From Candidatus Omnitrophota bacterium (lineage in GTDB: Bacteria; Omnitrophota; Omnitrophia; Omnitrophales; Danuiimicrobiaceae): a stretch of 40,251 nucleotides of DNA. Positions 39,738 through 40,251 of the stretch are shown piece by piece (positions within the stretch are counted from its first letter, which is position 1; every line of letters starts with the position of its first letter). The notes under the pieces are model-generated. The model did no database searches and had not been told where the DNA came from. It saw only the letters and a program-made list of their open reading frames with translations. The translations under genes were made by a program, and so were the position numbers. Where the stretch lies: contig JACOVU010000105.1 in the NCBI GenBank assembly GCA_016177155.1, forward strand, positions 1-40,251, written 5' to 3'.

Positions 39738-39926
39738 TTAAAACGCCATTGCGATGCGCATCAAAATCGAAAGGATGAAATCCACACCAAAAATGAAGGC
39801 TGACATGATTAACGTCACGACAATTACGAGCGCCGTTGAGCCCATGAGCTCCTCACGAGTTGGCCAATTCGCTTTCGCCAACTCTTGTTTTGATTCGCTA
39901 AAAAAACTGCCTACCTTTCCAAACAT
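39738..39926 (-). CDS. secE: Preprotein translocase subunit SecE (single-TM form)
   Basis: MFGKVGSFFSESKQELAKANWPTREEL... followed by one TM helix. The ATG at 39926 is preferred; the ORF-track TTG at 39956 has no SD and lies at the foot of a hairpin repeat. Confidence 0.85.
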   Translation of the reverse strand: MFGKVGSFFSESKQELAKANWPTREELMGSTALVIVVTLIMSAFIFGVDFILSILMRIAMAF

Positions 39927-39961
39927 TTTTTTGTCCGATCCCAGTTGCCTTGCCAAAAACT

Positions 39962-40020
39962 GGCAGCCCTGACTTACATTAAAATAGGTTTTTGTCTATT
40001 CATCGGAAGTCAGGACAGCC
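39962..40020 (-). repeat. Hairpin repeat, family B, copy B2 (secE leader)
   Basis: ggcagccctgactt (39962-39975) pairs with aagtcaggacagcc (40007-40020) at 12 of 14 positions. The sense strand CTGTCCTGACTTCCGATGAATA...AATGTAAGTCAGGGCTG closely matches B1. Confidence 0.65.
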
Positions 40021-40092
40021 GTTGAGCTTCCGAATTAAAATCCATTCTGACCTATTTTTTGTTGCTCAATGGCAGCCCTGACCCACATCAAA

Positions 40093-40128
40093 TAATCTAT
40101 GGCAGGCCATTAATCTATGGCAGGCCAT
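40093..40128. repeat. Perfect 18-bp tandem duplication (2 copies)
   Basis: taatctatggcaggccat occurs at 40093-40110 and again at 40111-40128. Confidence 0.9.
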
Positions 40129-40180
40129 GACTTTCATTAAAATTAACTTTTGCCTATTCAAAATAGGTAGTCATGACCAG
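40119..40180 (-). repeat. Hairpin repeat, family B, copy B3 (secE leader)
   Basis: ggccatgac (40123-40131) pairs with gtcatgacc (40170-40178). There is an inner hairpin, cctatt-caaa-atagg. Confidence 0.55.
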
Positions 40181-40229
40181 CACTGATCACTATTAAAGTT
40201 TCAATTAGCTATTAATTCGGAAATCAGTG

Positions 40230-40251
40230 CAGGCCAGGAGGGATTCGAACC
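40230..40251 (-). tRNA. 3' end of a tRNA gene; the remainder is outside the window. tRNA-Trp is the usual neighbour of secE, but the identity cannot be read here
   Basis: The minus strand reads GG-TTCGAAT-CCCTC-CTGGCCT-G, that is a T-loop, the 3' half of the T-stem, a 7-nt acceptor strand and discriminator G. No CCA is encoded. Confidence 0.6.

Noticed and set aside
40093-40128. 18-bp direct repeat, considered as a possible CRISPR or tandem array
   Set aside because: There are only two adjacent copies, with no spacers and no cas genes. It is a simple tandem duplication inside the repeat-rich secE leader.
40066-40137. 23-codon minus-strand small ORF MKVMACHRLMACHRLFDVGQGCH in the secE leader
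   Set aside because: The repeated MACHRL is only the translated 18-bp duplication, there is no SD, and the sequence is part of the hairpin repeat family. It is not credible as a leader peptide without conservation data.
1-40251. Search for defence systems, toxin-antitoxin pairs, transposases, integrases, phage genes, CRISPR arrays, rRNA and known riboswitch motifs
   Set aside because: Every ORF above about 100 aa that is not an antisense shadow has a clear housekeeping assignment, and none of these elements is present. The only novelty candidates are the non-coding repeat and hairpin families reported above.

Overview
This window is almost entirely a conserved bacterial translation/transcription gene cluster, all on the minus strand. 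Gene order, read from 40251 downward: partial tRNA, secE, nusG, rplK, rplA, rplJ, rplL, rpoB, rpoC, rpsL, rpsG, fusA, tuf, rpsJ, rplC, rplD, rplW, rplB, rpsS, rplV, rpsC, rplP, rpmC, rpsQ, rplN, rplX, rplE, rpsN (Zn type), rpsH, rplF, rplR, rpsE, rplO, secY, adk, map, infA, rpmJ, rpsM, rpsK, rpsD, rpoA, rplQ. Below that come an aspartate aminotransferase, a very short mfd, a SurA-like PPIase and pdxA. The low end holds a plus-strand class I/II aminotransferase, an aldose-1-epimerase-like gene, a DUF3047-like membrane protein and the 3' part of an ABC permease. I found no transposase, integrase, CRISPR array, rRNA, toxin-antitoxin or recognisable defence gene, so at the protein level this is an ordinary core region. 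The unusual signal is non-coding and lies inside the operons. (1) Five hairpins join the stop codon of one gene to the ATG of the next, with conserved or co-varying arms (GATCCC[C]CACCAC ... GTGGTGGGG[G]ATG). (2) A 35-nt hairpin repeat is embedded in the 3' coding ends of rpmC and rplV and gives both proteins the tail PPALRAD[RK]PGGKK. (3) A second hairpin-repeat family lies upstream of mfd and secE. (4) A 187-nt spacer with four hairpins sits between rpsD and rpoA and also holds a 32-codon very basic small ORF. (5) tuf is a sharp GC-rich island. (6) Mfd lacks D1a, D1b, D3 and D7. All functional interpretations are inference; nothing here could be checked against a database.
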